Of a stretch of 64,000 nucleotides of DNA, positions 12,059 to 21,544 are shown piece by piece (positions within the stretch are counted from its first letter, which is position 1; every line of letters begins with the position of its first letter). The position numbers and the translations under genes are program-made. The notes under the pieces are model-generated. The model worked only from the letters and a program-made list of their open reading frames with translations, did no database searches and had not been told where the DNA came from. Source of the stretch: Mobula hypostoma (taxonomy: Eukaryota); assembly GCF_963921235.1 (NCBI RefSeq), contig NC_086097.1, positions 220,908,001-220,972,000 on the forward strand, read 5' to 3'.

Positions 12059-13215
12059 TGTTTGGGGCCCTGAATGGTGGTAAGGGAGGAAGTGTAAGGG
12101 CATGTGTAGCACTTGTTCCACTTACACGGATAAGTGCCAGGAGGGAGATCAGTGGGGAGGGATGGGGGGGACGAATGGACAAGGGAGTTGTGTAGGGAGC
12201 GATCCCTGCGGAATGCAGAGAGAGGGGGGGAGGGAAAGATGTGCTTAGTGGTGGGATCCCGTTGGAGGTGGCGGAAGTTACGGAGAATAATATGTTGGAC
12301 CCGGAGGCTGGTGGGGTGGTAGGTGAGGACCAGGGGAACCCTATTCCTAGTGGGGTGGTGGGAGGATGGAGTGAGAGCAGATGTACGTGAAATGGAGGAG
12401 ATGCGTTTAAGAGCACTTCCTCCCTTACCACCATTCAGGGCCCCAAACAGTCCTTCCAGGTGAGGCATCACTTCACCTGTGAGTCGACTGGGGTGATATA
12501 CTGCGTCCGGTGCTCCCGATGTGGCCTTTTATATATTGGTGAGACCCGACGCAGACTGGGAGACTGCTTTGCTGAACATCTACGCTCTGTCCGCCAGAGA
12601 AAGCAGGATCTCCCAGTGGCCACACATTTTAATTCCACATCCCATTCCCATTCTGACATGTCTATCCACAGCCTCCTCTACTGTAAAGATGAAGCCACAC
12701 TCAGGTTGGAGGAACAACACCTTATATTCCGTCTGGGTAGCCTCCAACCTGATGGCATGAACATCGACTTCTCTAACTTCCGCTAAGGCCCCACCTCCCC
12801 CCTCGTACCCCATCTGTTACTCATTTTTATGCACACATTCTTTCTCTCACTCTCCTTTTTCTCCCTCTGTCCCTCTGAATATACCTCTTGCCCATCCTCT
12901 GGGTCACCCCCCCCTTGTCTTTCTTCCCGGACCTCCTGTCCCATGATCCTCTCGTATCCCCTTTGCCTATCACCTGTCCAGCTCTCGGCTCTATCCCTCC
13001 CCCTCCTGTCTTCTCCTATCATTTTGCATCTCCCCCTCCCCCTCCAGCTTTCAAATCCCTTACTCACTCTTCCTTCAGTTAGTCCTGACGAAGGGTCTCG
13101 GCCTGAAACGTCGACTGCGCCTCTTCCTATAGATGCTGCTTGGCCTGCTGCGTTCACCAGCAACTTTGATGTATGTTGCTTGAATTTCCAGCATCTGCAG
13201 AATTCCTGTTGTTTG
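12059..13215 (+). mobile_element. Penelope-like element (GIY-YIG, Neptune-like) 3' fragment with an inverted 5' part, inserted in ERV pol
   Basis: VIYCVRCSRCGLLYIGET GIY-YIG ORF (12460-12786 +); Cys-rich linker PCKWNKCYTC on the minus strand in 12059-12413; 3' UTR with hammerhead motif. Confidence 0.9.
13081..13116 (+). ncRNA. Minimal type I hammerhead ribozyme motif in a PLE 3' end
   Basis: AGUC-CUGACGA-AGG(GUCUCGG)CCU-GAA-AC-GU-C-GACU: core boxes, stems I and II, palindromic ACGU stem III. Confidence 0.85.
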
Positions 13216-13237
13216 TCTCTAAAAGCGTTATGGTATC

Positions 13238-13990
13238 CTATTCACACTGTCCCTCACTTACTAGCAGCGTTATGTGGGGCTCAGCTTCCAGTATCCTGTA
13301 CCATTTCTCCAAGAAAGTATTCCACCTGACTTGCAGGGCTGCCCCTTGTCTCCCAATTATTATAGCTTCTCCTCTTAGGTGCTGCCGATTACCTGCCTCC
13401 CTGTACCAACTCTCCTCTAACTCTCTGTTCTGAGTTTCAACAAAAATCACTGTGCAATGTAACTCGGATTTGGGCGCTACGGCCTGGGGCAATATAGCCT
13501 GCACGCCCTTTTTCCATTTTTCCCAGATTTCCCAGATCTGATCTTCTATGTCTCCTATCCAAAAGACATTAGCTTTCTTGACTTCCCGCACTAGTAATTG
13601 AGCATTTACTCTTTCCACACTCAACCCACTTCTGGTACATTCTAATTTTAATTCTAGTTTTAATAGGGCATCTCTGCCTAGCAAATTCACCGGAGTTCCT
13701 TTGGACACTAATATCGGCAAAACTATTCCTTTGCTGCCCATCCTTAATCTCACTGGAGCTGTACATTGTGTCAACTGTGTTTTTCCCGAGAACCCTACAG
13801 TCTTAATAAATTTTCCTGACATGGGAAGGTGAAGGGCATACTGCGGCTGTACACAAGTATATGTGGCTCCAGTATCTATCATCACTGGTGTCAGCTGCCC
13901 TTCTAACACAACCTGAACAATGGGTTCCTCCTCTGCCTCCCTTGTTATCACTGGGTAGTGTCCCTTCCCACCTGGGTTCTCTGGGCACCC
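13238..13990 (-). pseudogene. pro: ERV aspartic protease followed by a 2H-phosphoesterase-like domain
   Basis: MIDTGA and NLLGRD protease motifs; then LHCTVIF (HCT 13451-13459) and PHITLLV (HIT 13268-13276). Confidence 0.88.
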
Positions 13991-16324
13991 CAATGTCTTG
14001 CATAGGGGTTCACGGGTCCATTCAGCCCTGCGGGGTCTGGTCCTTGGCTAGACTGTGGTTCCCCTCTCATTGATTCCCGCTGGTATGTGACGGCCCATGG
14101 CCTAAGTGGACAGTCCCTTCTTATGTGTCCTGGCTGGTTACATCCCCAGCACCGTCTCTGCATCTCTCTTCCCCCTTGTTTCCTTACTGGCCCTTCCTGC
14201 CCATAACCTCTCTGCCCCCCTCCTTGGGATTTCCAGTCCTGTCTGGGCTGCTGTTTAAATTTATCCTGTCCCTGATAGGGCATTTGTGGAAAAGCACCCC
14301 CAAAGACGTTTATTATTGGCATGGGGTTTTCTGGGCCCTGTCTTACGGCACGACCGGTCCCTCCATATAATGGCATTTCATTCATTTTAACGGCTGTGCT
14401 TAACTCGGTCATTGTTGGCAGCATCTTCTTGCCTTTTTCTTTTTCCTTCTTTTTAAGTTCTTCAAGCTGCATTTGTATCAGCTTTCTTTGCACTTCTTCT
14501 GGCTGCTCAGTCAACTTTCGTTTGTCTTTTCGATATTTTTCGACCGCATGGACTACGTGGTCCCTGAATTCCTGTGGGGTCATTGACATCAGTCCAACCA
14601 CTTCCTCAAGTTTAGACTTAACTTGGGAAGGCATCGCATCCAAAACAGCATTTCGGAACATCCAAGTCATAAATTGGTTGCCTTCCACCTCTTGTTCAGT
14701 TTCCAGTCTCCACCTTTTCAACTGATTTTCTATATAGGCTGCTGGATTTTCAGTGTCTCCCAGTGGATCCCCTTTCATGGCTTTGGGGTCCATTTTGGGT
14801 GGATAGAGCTCCCTGAGGGCCCCCCATACCCTCTGCCTCACTGTGTCAAATCTGGCCCCGTCAAACAGTGTGCTGTCCGCATTCTGTATGCCAGCCGCTT
14901 CCATCAACTCTTGTAGTTTGGAGGTTCCCATCAGCCTTATCAGCAGCGCCTTTAAATCTCCCATAGCCAACATTCGTCCCGTGGTTTCTTCCTCAAAGGC
15001 CCTAATCCACTTCCCTGCACCCTCATGTAGGCTGGGCAGGGTGTTTTTCAGCCCTTCCAGGTCCTGGGATCCCCAAGGAATATACTGCACTTGTCCCAAT
15101 CCTTTTACTAACAACGGCATCCTTCTCCCTTTCCTTTCCCACATCTCCTGACTCTCCTCCTCGCCTGACTCCCCATCTGTTTCTGAGCACGTTCTCACTG
15201 GCTGCCACATGATTCTTTCCGGGGTTTCCTATCTCCCTTGGCCTCCTCGTGGAGTTCTTTCTTTCTGCCTTGAGCTAGCATTTGCTTTGGCCCATGCGAA
15301 ATCCTCAAACTCTCGTTGGAAATTCAGTCTGCGCTGTAATTCCCTAATCTCTCCCTCTGTTTCTAATATCTGCCTTTTCACTCTCTTTTTCCCCTTCAAG
15401 GCTCCTGTCTCCTATCCTCTGCCTACATTCTCCGGCACCCTCTCTTTCGCTACTTAACTCTTGCTCTCCCGACAAGTTACCTTCTGCTCTGGCCTGTTCA
15501 GTTCCGTGCCCATATAACAAAGATTTCTCTTCATCCCTTTTCGCTTTTAATTCCTGTAACCCTTTGATCTCTTCTACTATTTCCCGTCTCTCCTGCTCTA
15601 TCTTTGCCCTGTCTTCCTCTATTACCTTCCGTGGTTCCTCCCGCTCCTTTTCGTGATTCTTTCTTTCCTCCTCGGTATCCCAGACTTTAATTTCTCCATT
15701 TAGATCCACTCTTCCTGTTATCATCGGACACTGCTTAAGGGTTTCTTTCTCATAATAGGGAGGAGGTTTTTCTACGTCTTTCAGGTCTGGGTATAAAGCC
15801 GAAGCCGACGCCCTGACGAAGTCCTGACGAAGGGTCTCGGCCTGAAACGTCGACTGCGCCTCTTCCTATAGATGCTGCTTGGCCTGCTGCGTTCACCAGC
15901 AACTTTGATGTGTGTTGCTTGAATTTCCAGCATCTGCAGAATTCCTGTTGTTTGCCGACTCCCTGTTATGCTTTTCCTTTTCTTTATCAGACTGCTCGTT
16001 TCGTTTCTCAATGTCTTTTTTACTTACCATTAATATACCTCCCGTCTTTCTTAATCTTTCTCCCTCCATCCTAAAGAGTTTTAACACTTCCATTTCTTGT
16101 TCCCTTTTTCCTTCTCTTTTCTTAGATTTATCTTTGGGTTTGTGATTTTTAATTAGCGCTTCCATTTCCTCACATAAGCTTACATCTAATATTTCTTCTC
16201 TTGGCCATTTCGTGACCAGTTCTTTAGTTCTTTTTTCCCATTTTTCTGAAATTTCCACGATCTTATCTTGACACACCGGGAATTTTCTGCTCAATATTTT
16301 TACTGCTGTTCCTTTCTCTGTCAT
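13948..16324 (-). pseudogene. gag: ERV gag, disrupted by a 150-bp PLE insertion, a frameshift near 15350-15400 and a TAG at 15229-15231
   Basis: ATG at 16324; LYPDL (15782-15796) and PPPY (15755-15766) late motifs; capsid-like YIPW...LPSLHEGAGKWI; CCHC knuckle CWGCNQPGHIRRDC. Confidence 0.9.
15816..15953 (+). mobile_element. Short PLE 3' end with hammerhead motif (15820-15855) inserted in gag
   Basis: Near-identical to 13081-13215; flanked by a 12-bp duplication gccgac(g/t)ccctg at 15804-15815 and 15954-15965. Confidence 0.88.
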
Positions 16325-16528
16325 GTTGCTCTCTTTTTCCTTTTTCTATTATGGTATTTTTAGAATCTCACTACTTGCCTACTTAATAGTACTATTTTTC
16401 TAACTCTATTTCTAAGCCTAGCCTTATGGTTTATCTCACCAGTGTCTGAATTCTGTATCAAACTATCTTTGTCTCTTACTACGTTCTGCCCATGCAGCCC
16501 CCTACTTAGGGCGGTATCCACAGAACCT

Positions 16529-17017
16529 TTTGCACCTCGCCTATGCAGACCCTTACACTTCTTAAGGCGGTATTCACGAGGATTTTTAATTTGCACCTCG
16601 CCTATGCAGACCCTTACACTTCTTAAGGTGGTATTCACGAGGATTTTTAATTTGCACCTCGCCTATGCAGACCCTTACACTTCTTAAGGTGGTATTCATG
16701 AGAATTTTTAATTTGCACCTCGCCTATGCAGACCCTTACACTTCTTAAGGTGGTATTCATGAGAATTTTTAATTTGCACCTCGCCTATGCAGACCCTTAC
16801 ACTTCTTAAGGTGGTATTCATGAGAATTTTTAATTTGCACCTCGCCTATGCAGACCCTTACACTTCTTAAGGCGGTATTCACGAGGATTTTTAATTTGCA
16901 CCTCGCCTATGCAGACCCTTACACTTCTTAAAGGTGGTATTCATGAGGATTTTTAATTTGCACCTCGCCTATGCAGACCCTTACACTTCTTAAGGCGGTA
17001 TTCACGAGGATTTTTAA
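16529..17017. repeat. Tandem array of 8 x 61-bp units in the ERV leader, with degenerate units on both sides
   Basis: Units start at 16529, 16590, 16651, 16712, 16773, 16834, 16895 and 16957 (tttgcacctcgcctatgcagacccttacac...). Confidence 0.97.
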
Positions 17018-17402
17018 TTCTCCTTCCCTGCCTGTTCAGACCTTCGTTTCGTGCGAAGCGGTATCCACAGGGACTTACCAATACCATGTGGAATTTTCTT
17101 ACTTAACTTATTATTACTTTATTCGTACTTACCCCCACTGCAGTGTTCTTGATTAATCCTCTGAGCCTCCTTTTATCTCCGATTCTGCCAAATTCTTTGG
17201 ATCGGAGAGACCTTTCGGCAGTTGCTTCACACTTCTGAGTCCCCGAGACCCCCCAAAACCAACAGAATTCTTAGTCCGAATTATCGCAAAAAGCGCTCAC
17301 TTTTTTCTTTGGGTGCACCCTTAATTCTGTTAGCCTCATGAGGGTCCCCGAGACTGGGAAGCGTCGCAATCTGCCGTTCCCTTCCTCGCGGGTCTCTATC
17401 CG

Positions 17403-17420
17403 ATCCTGTTCGTGACGCCA
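17403..17420 (-). promoter_or_regulatory. Primer-binding site TGGCGTCACGAACAGGAT, complementary to the 3' end of tRNA-Ser(CGA)
   Basis: Plus strand reads ATCCTGTTCGTGACG-CCA, the 3' end of a vertebrate tRNA-Ser(CGA) as recalled; 4 nt from the 5' LTR. Confidence 0.85.
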
Positions 17421-17424
17421 ATTT

Positions 17425-18020
17425 TGTCGTGGTTTCTCGTTTCTTACAAACAACAAGGAGATGCAGAAAATCCTTCAAGAAGTTTTAAACTTTAATTTGC
17501 AAATCAAAGCTGAGACAATCAGAAAGCTAGTAGCTGACTGCCCATCGAGGCTTGTACACAGCACTCTTTATAGCAATCTCCTATCTTAGCTGCATTATCA
17601 TATCCAGACGGCCTGTGATCACATATCATCAATACATCCGATCTCGACCTTCCACTATTATTTTACTCCCCAATTTAATTATGTCCTAGTTTACTTTTTA
17701 GACCAGGTGTCCCCTCATCCCTAACCACAGTTATTTCTTAATTGGTCTTGTTTTGACATACTGCCACATAGTTCATTACCTTACTCGCCACCGTTATCTT
17801 CCTACTTGGTTTCATTCTAGTTCTCTTCATGAATTAATAGTGATTAGGTCAAAAGTCATGGCTACATAGTGAATACCCTCTATTCAGCTAGCAGTGGTTA
17901 CATAGTAAATATAGAAAATACAATGTGTGCATTTGAGTGAATACTGAAATACTGTTGAGTAAATACTGTAAATACTGTAATACATAGAAAATACAATGTA
18001 TGCGTTTACATTTTCCAATA
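17425..18020 (-). repeat. ERV 5' LTR (596 bp)
   Basis: Matches 2865-3451; adjacent to the PBS; TATAAA at 17567-17572 and ATTAAA at 17491-17496 on the minus strand. Confidence 0.96.
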
Positions 18021-18789
18021 CTGGCAGCCTTTTCCAAACATGCTGTGACGGCATAAATTCTGGGAAATATGCTAGAAAGACCTGTGACAGGTTAGACCTG
18101 CAACAAGAGTACCATCTCCATCAAAACACCGATGAGGAAACAAGTATTTTCTATCTGCAGTGGTATTTTGTGTTGCACATTTATTATATTTATTATGGTA
18201 GATAGTCACATGGGGGTGTGGTAAAAGTGTAGGGTTTAGTTCCGTATTTGTGCTTTGTTCTTGGCACTTTAGTACTAGGACAGATGGATGTCATATCTTT
18301 TGTTATGCTTAACTTCATTTAATTACATTTGAAATCATTTAACTCTACTTAACTTCGATTAACTTTAATTAAGTATGTGTAATATCATTTGTCTTAGTTT
18401 CAGAAATTGCATTGCTTCAAGATTATTTGTTTTGCTAATTGCCAATAAAGGATTGAATACATTTCTTCAACTTTGTGGAACATGATTATTGGATTGATGG
18501 GAGGGTGTGTCATACAAGGATAAGAATCCAAGGGGTTTACCAGCATTGGCTTGTTAGAGTTTGCCACTGTAACAAGCAAGAACATTTTTGTGTGTTTAGA
18601 ATTTTAATTGCTTGTTATTTAATGTTTTCTACCTTTTTGAATGCCAGTGGGTAGGATATGTTAAGGACTATCAATATATTTTCCACCAGTTTTATGAACA
18701 GAGTTTGCCAAGATGCCTATTTTGCATTTGTGCTCTTCTGAATAAATAGATTGTAAACCTATTATGATATATATATTGTACATACAAAC

Positions 18790-18955
18790 TACTGGAGAAA
18801 CTCAGCAAGCCAGGCTGCATCAATGGAAAAGAGTAAACAGTCGAGATGTCTTCGCCCAAAACGTCGACAGTTTACTCTTTTCAATGGAAGCTGCCTGGCC
18901 TGCTGAGTTCCTCTAGCAATTTGTGTGTATTGCTTTGATATCCAGCTCTGCATAT
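18790..18955. repeat. Older palindromic PLE-derived short element
   Basis: Arms ctcagca.gccaggctgcatcaatggaaaagagtaaacagtcga and tcgacagtttactcttttcaatggaagctgcctggcctgctgag are reverse complements. Confidence 0.7.
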
Positions 18956-19942
18956 TTTCTCGTTTAAAATATATGTGACAAGTACAGTAACCTGTGGTGA
19001 CTTTTCTGACCCAATGTATAGAATGTTTTCCCATTGTGGGTTCTTGGAATTTTTGCCAATATTAAATAGAGACTCCCTGAAATTACAAGTAAACATGGGT
19101 AGAATATATAGAATATACCATGAAACAAGCAATGCCACATATAGGAAGCTGTCTCTACTACCTGAATTACCACATTTTTTCTGAAGTATTTGAATATAGA
19201 AGCTGTTGGAACCAATACAGACCAATGAAGTGCATTTTACAAGCAATCTCCCTCTTTACTAGGAAATGCCCCAGTTCACTCCTCTGTTCCCACTGGCCCC
19301 TTACATTTTTCTCCCCACCTGCTCCTTCTTGTCCCTTTTCTCAGTTCCTCCTCCCATTTCGTTTGCTCTCTCCAAGAGTATATTTTGTGCCCTTGCTTTC
19401 CTCACTAGTTCTTTCCAGAAATGTTTAACATGGATATTAGGGAGTTGACATACTGGTCTTCTCCTTAGCCTTAGTAAGATATGATTCAGAGACCTCATCC
19501 CTGTCAACAATGTATGGATTGCTAGGGCGCTTCTCAATCACCCACATCCCAGTGCATGAAAGTTCCGACTTTCTAATATCCAAGATGTGAAGGGTAATCA
19601 CAGAAAATTGGATAGAAATGGACCAACAATAGATTAAGTTATTGATCATTACTATTAGTCTCAGCACACATAATGGAAGATCCTGTATTACATGCATCTA
19701 AGCTGGTTTAAACAAAAATGCCCTGGAATAAACACAGGAATCAGTTTTTATTGCACTATGTTAGTTTTCACATCAGAAAGCTCAAGCTGTGAAAAGCTGT
19801 AAAAGCTCCTCAAAAAGGCACCTAGCTCGGTGACGTGTGAATGTGATGTCGGGCCTTCCAGCCATTGCTGAATTTATTTATTTGCTAGGTTACTCCAAAG
19901 AACATTAAGTCAACGGCAGAATGCAGGCAAGGAACATCTATG

Positions 19943-20471
19943 CAAACACGAGGAATTCTGCAGATGCTGGAAATTCAAGCAACACACATCAAGGTTGCTG
20001 GTGAACACATCAGGCCAGGCAGCATCTCTAGGAAGAGGTACAGTCGACGTTTCGGGCTGAGACCCTTCGTCAGGACTAACTGAAGGAAGAGCTAGTAAGA
20101 GATTTGAAAGTGGGAGGGGGAGGGGGAGATCCAAAATGATAGGAGAAGACAGGAGGGGGAGGGATGGAGCCAAGAGCTGGACAGGTGATTGGCAAGAGTT
20201 TTTGCCAATCACCTGTCCAGCTCTTGGCTCTATCCCTCCCCCTCCTGTCTTCTTTTTGCCAGTCACCTGTCCAGCTCTTGGCTCCATCCCTCCCCCTCCT
20301 GTCTTCTCCTATCATTTTGAATCTCCCCCTCCCCCTCCCACTTTCAAATCTCTTACTAGCTCTTCCTTCAGTTAGTCCTGACGAAGGGTCTCGGCCCGAA
20401 ACGTCGACTGTACCTCTTCTTAGAGATGCTGCCTGGCCTGCTGCATTCACCAGCAACTTTGATGTGTGTTG
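19943..20471. mobile_element. Palindromic insertion of two PLE 3' ends with hammerhead motifs at 20042-20077 (-) and 20374-20409 (+)
   Basis: About 220-bp inverted arms; 14-bp TSD aaggaaca(t/c)ctatg at 19929-19942 and 20472-20485. Confidence 0.9.
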
Positions 20472-20499
20472 AAGGAACACCTATGGAATAGTTAGCGAT

Positions 20500-20715
20500 T
20501 ATGCTCTGCCACAGACTGTGGGGGAGGCTGAGTCCGTGGGTATATTTAAGGCGGAAGTTGATCATTTCCTGATCAGTCAGGGCATCAAAGGATATAGCGA
20601 GAAGGCAGGGGTATGGGGTTGAGTGGGATCCGGGATCAGCCATGATGGAATGGCAGAGCAGACTCGTTGGGCTGAATGGCCTAATTCTGCTCCTATGTCT
20701 TTATGGTCTTATGAT
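20500..20715 (+). mobile_element. CR1 3' end fragment
   Basis: ctctgccacag...gggctgaatggcctaattctgctcctatgtctttatggtcttatg tail. Confidence 0.7.
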
Positions 20716-21365
20716 GCAACATTCATTACCAAACAAGTTAATCTGGATGAATGAATGAACGAATGAACATGAATCTATTGGCTTTGATGGTTTTCCTCAT
20801 TTCTCAAGTAAAATGTTATTGAACTCTATTTCACAAAGTCATGAGGGGAATTAAACAATATTCACTTAAATGGAAGCTATTAATGCTTCATGCAAATGAT
20901 TATTTCATTAATTAGTCCCATTCTTTGTTCAGTTTTCTCACTCCTCTCAAGATCTCAGCTACTGGGATTTGATTCTACAGTCCACTGGTATTTAGACCCA
21001 AGTGACCAGAACACAAAGTTCTGTAGGCAATTCAAACATGAAAGCATTACACAAATAGTCCTGATCATGCTAAATGGACAGAAACTCCTTATCCAGTGGA
21101 TCTTATAAAATACAAACCAAGAATTTTCCCTCCATCATCACCCAAGTCTACTTTGATGACTTGAATGGTGCTCTGGAGCGGATCAGATAAATTGTTTCAG
21201 GTAAATATGCATTTTCAATGATGAACTAGAATAGTTAGGTTCATTGGTACTTTTTAGTTCAAACTTTTGTAGTGATAACCTTATCTCCAATGACTCATCT
21301 ATTTATGTTATTGACATTAAAATTCAATAATTTATAATGCAAAGCAATAGGGGAAATCCACTTAC

Positions 21366-21544
21366 CTGGATATATTAAATCAGCTTTAATTTCTAGTAAT
21401 TTTTCCAGTGAAGTCATATAATCATACAAGTCCTCAAACACAGCTGTACCTTCTCCCAGAATACAGTCTCCAGAAAATATAGCATTTTCCTCTTCAAGTA
21501 ACAATGCCATATGATCACTTGCATGCCCAGGCGTGTAAATAGCC
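21366..21544 (-). CDS. LACTB2: LACTB2 coding exon 4 (179 nt; [43 protein letters not shown]...LIYP)
   Basis: AG/GTAAGT boundaries; TPGH and FSGD MBL motifs; phases fit both neighbours. Confidence 0.97.

Larger units (their letters stand above)
2865..18020 (-). mobile_element. Endogenous retrovirus provirus (class I, epsilon/fish-ERV-like), defective, in LACTB2 intron 4
   Basis: Paired LTRs, 4-bp TSD CTGG (2861-2864 and 18021-18024), PBS, gag-pro-pol-env order on the minus strand. Confidence 0.97.

Noticed and set aside
11667..13238. Macro domain in pol, as recalled for some fish retroviruses
   Set aside because: No macro-domain motif is visible; the region is largely deleted, so absence here is uninformative
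12783..13329. Recurring ORFs such as MLVNAAGQAAS and MHTFFLSLSF as a small protein family
   Set aside because: They are translations of the same PLE 3' UTR in several frames and strands
16360..16638. Accessory ORF upstream of gag
   Set aside because: Non-ATG start, largely a translation of the leader repeat, no protein-like features; no accessory ORF between env and the 3' LTR either (only about 230 bp)
16529..17017. CRISPR-like array
   Set aside because: Units are contiguous with no unique spacers, the context is eukaryotic and retroviral, and there are no cas genes
19943..20471. DNA-transposon MITE
   Set aside because: Arms are identical to PLE 3' UTR, unequal in length, and flanked by a 14-bp TSD
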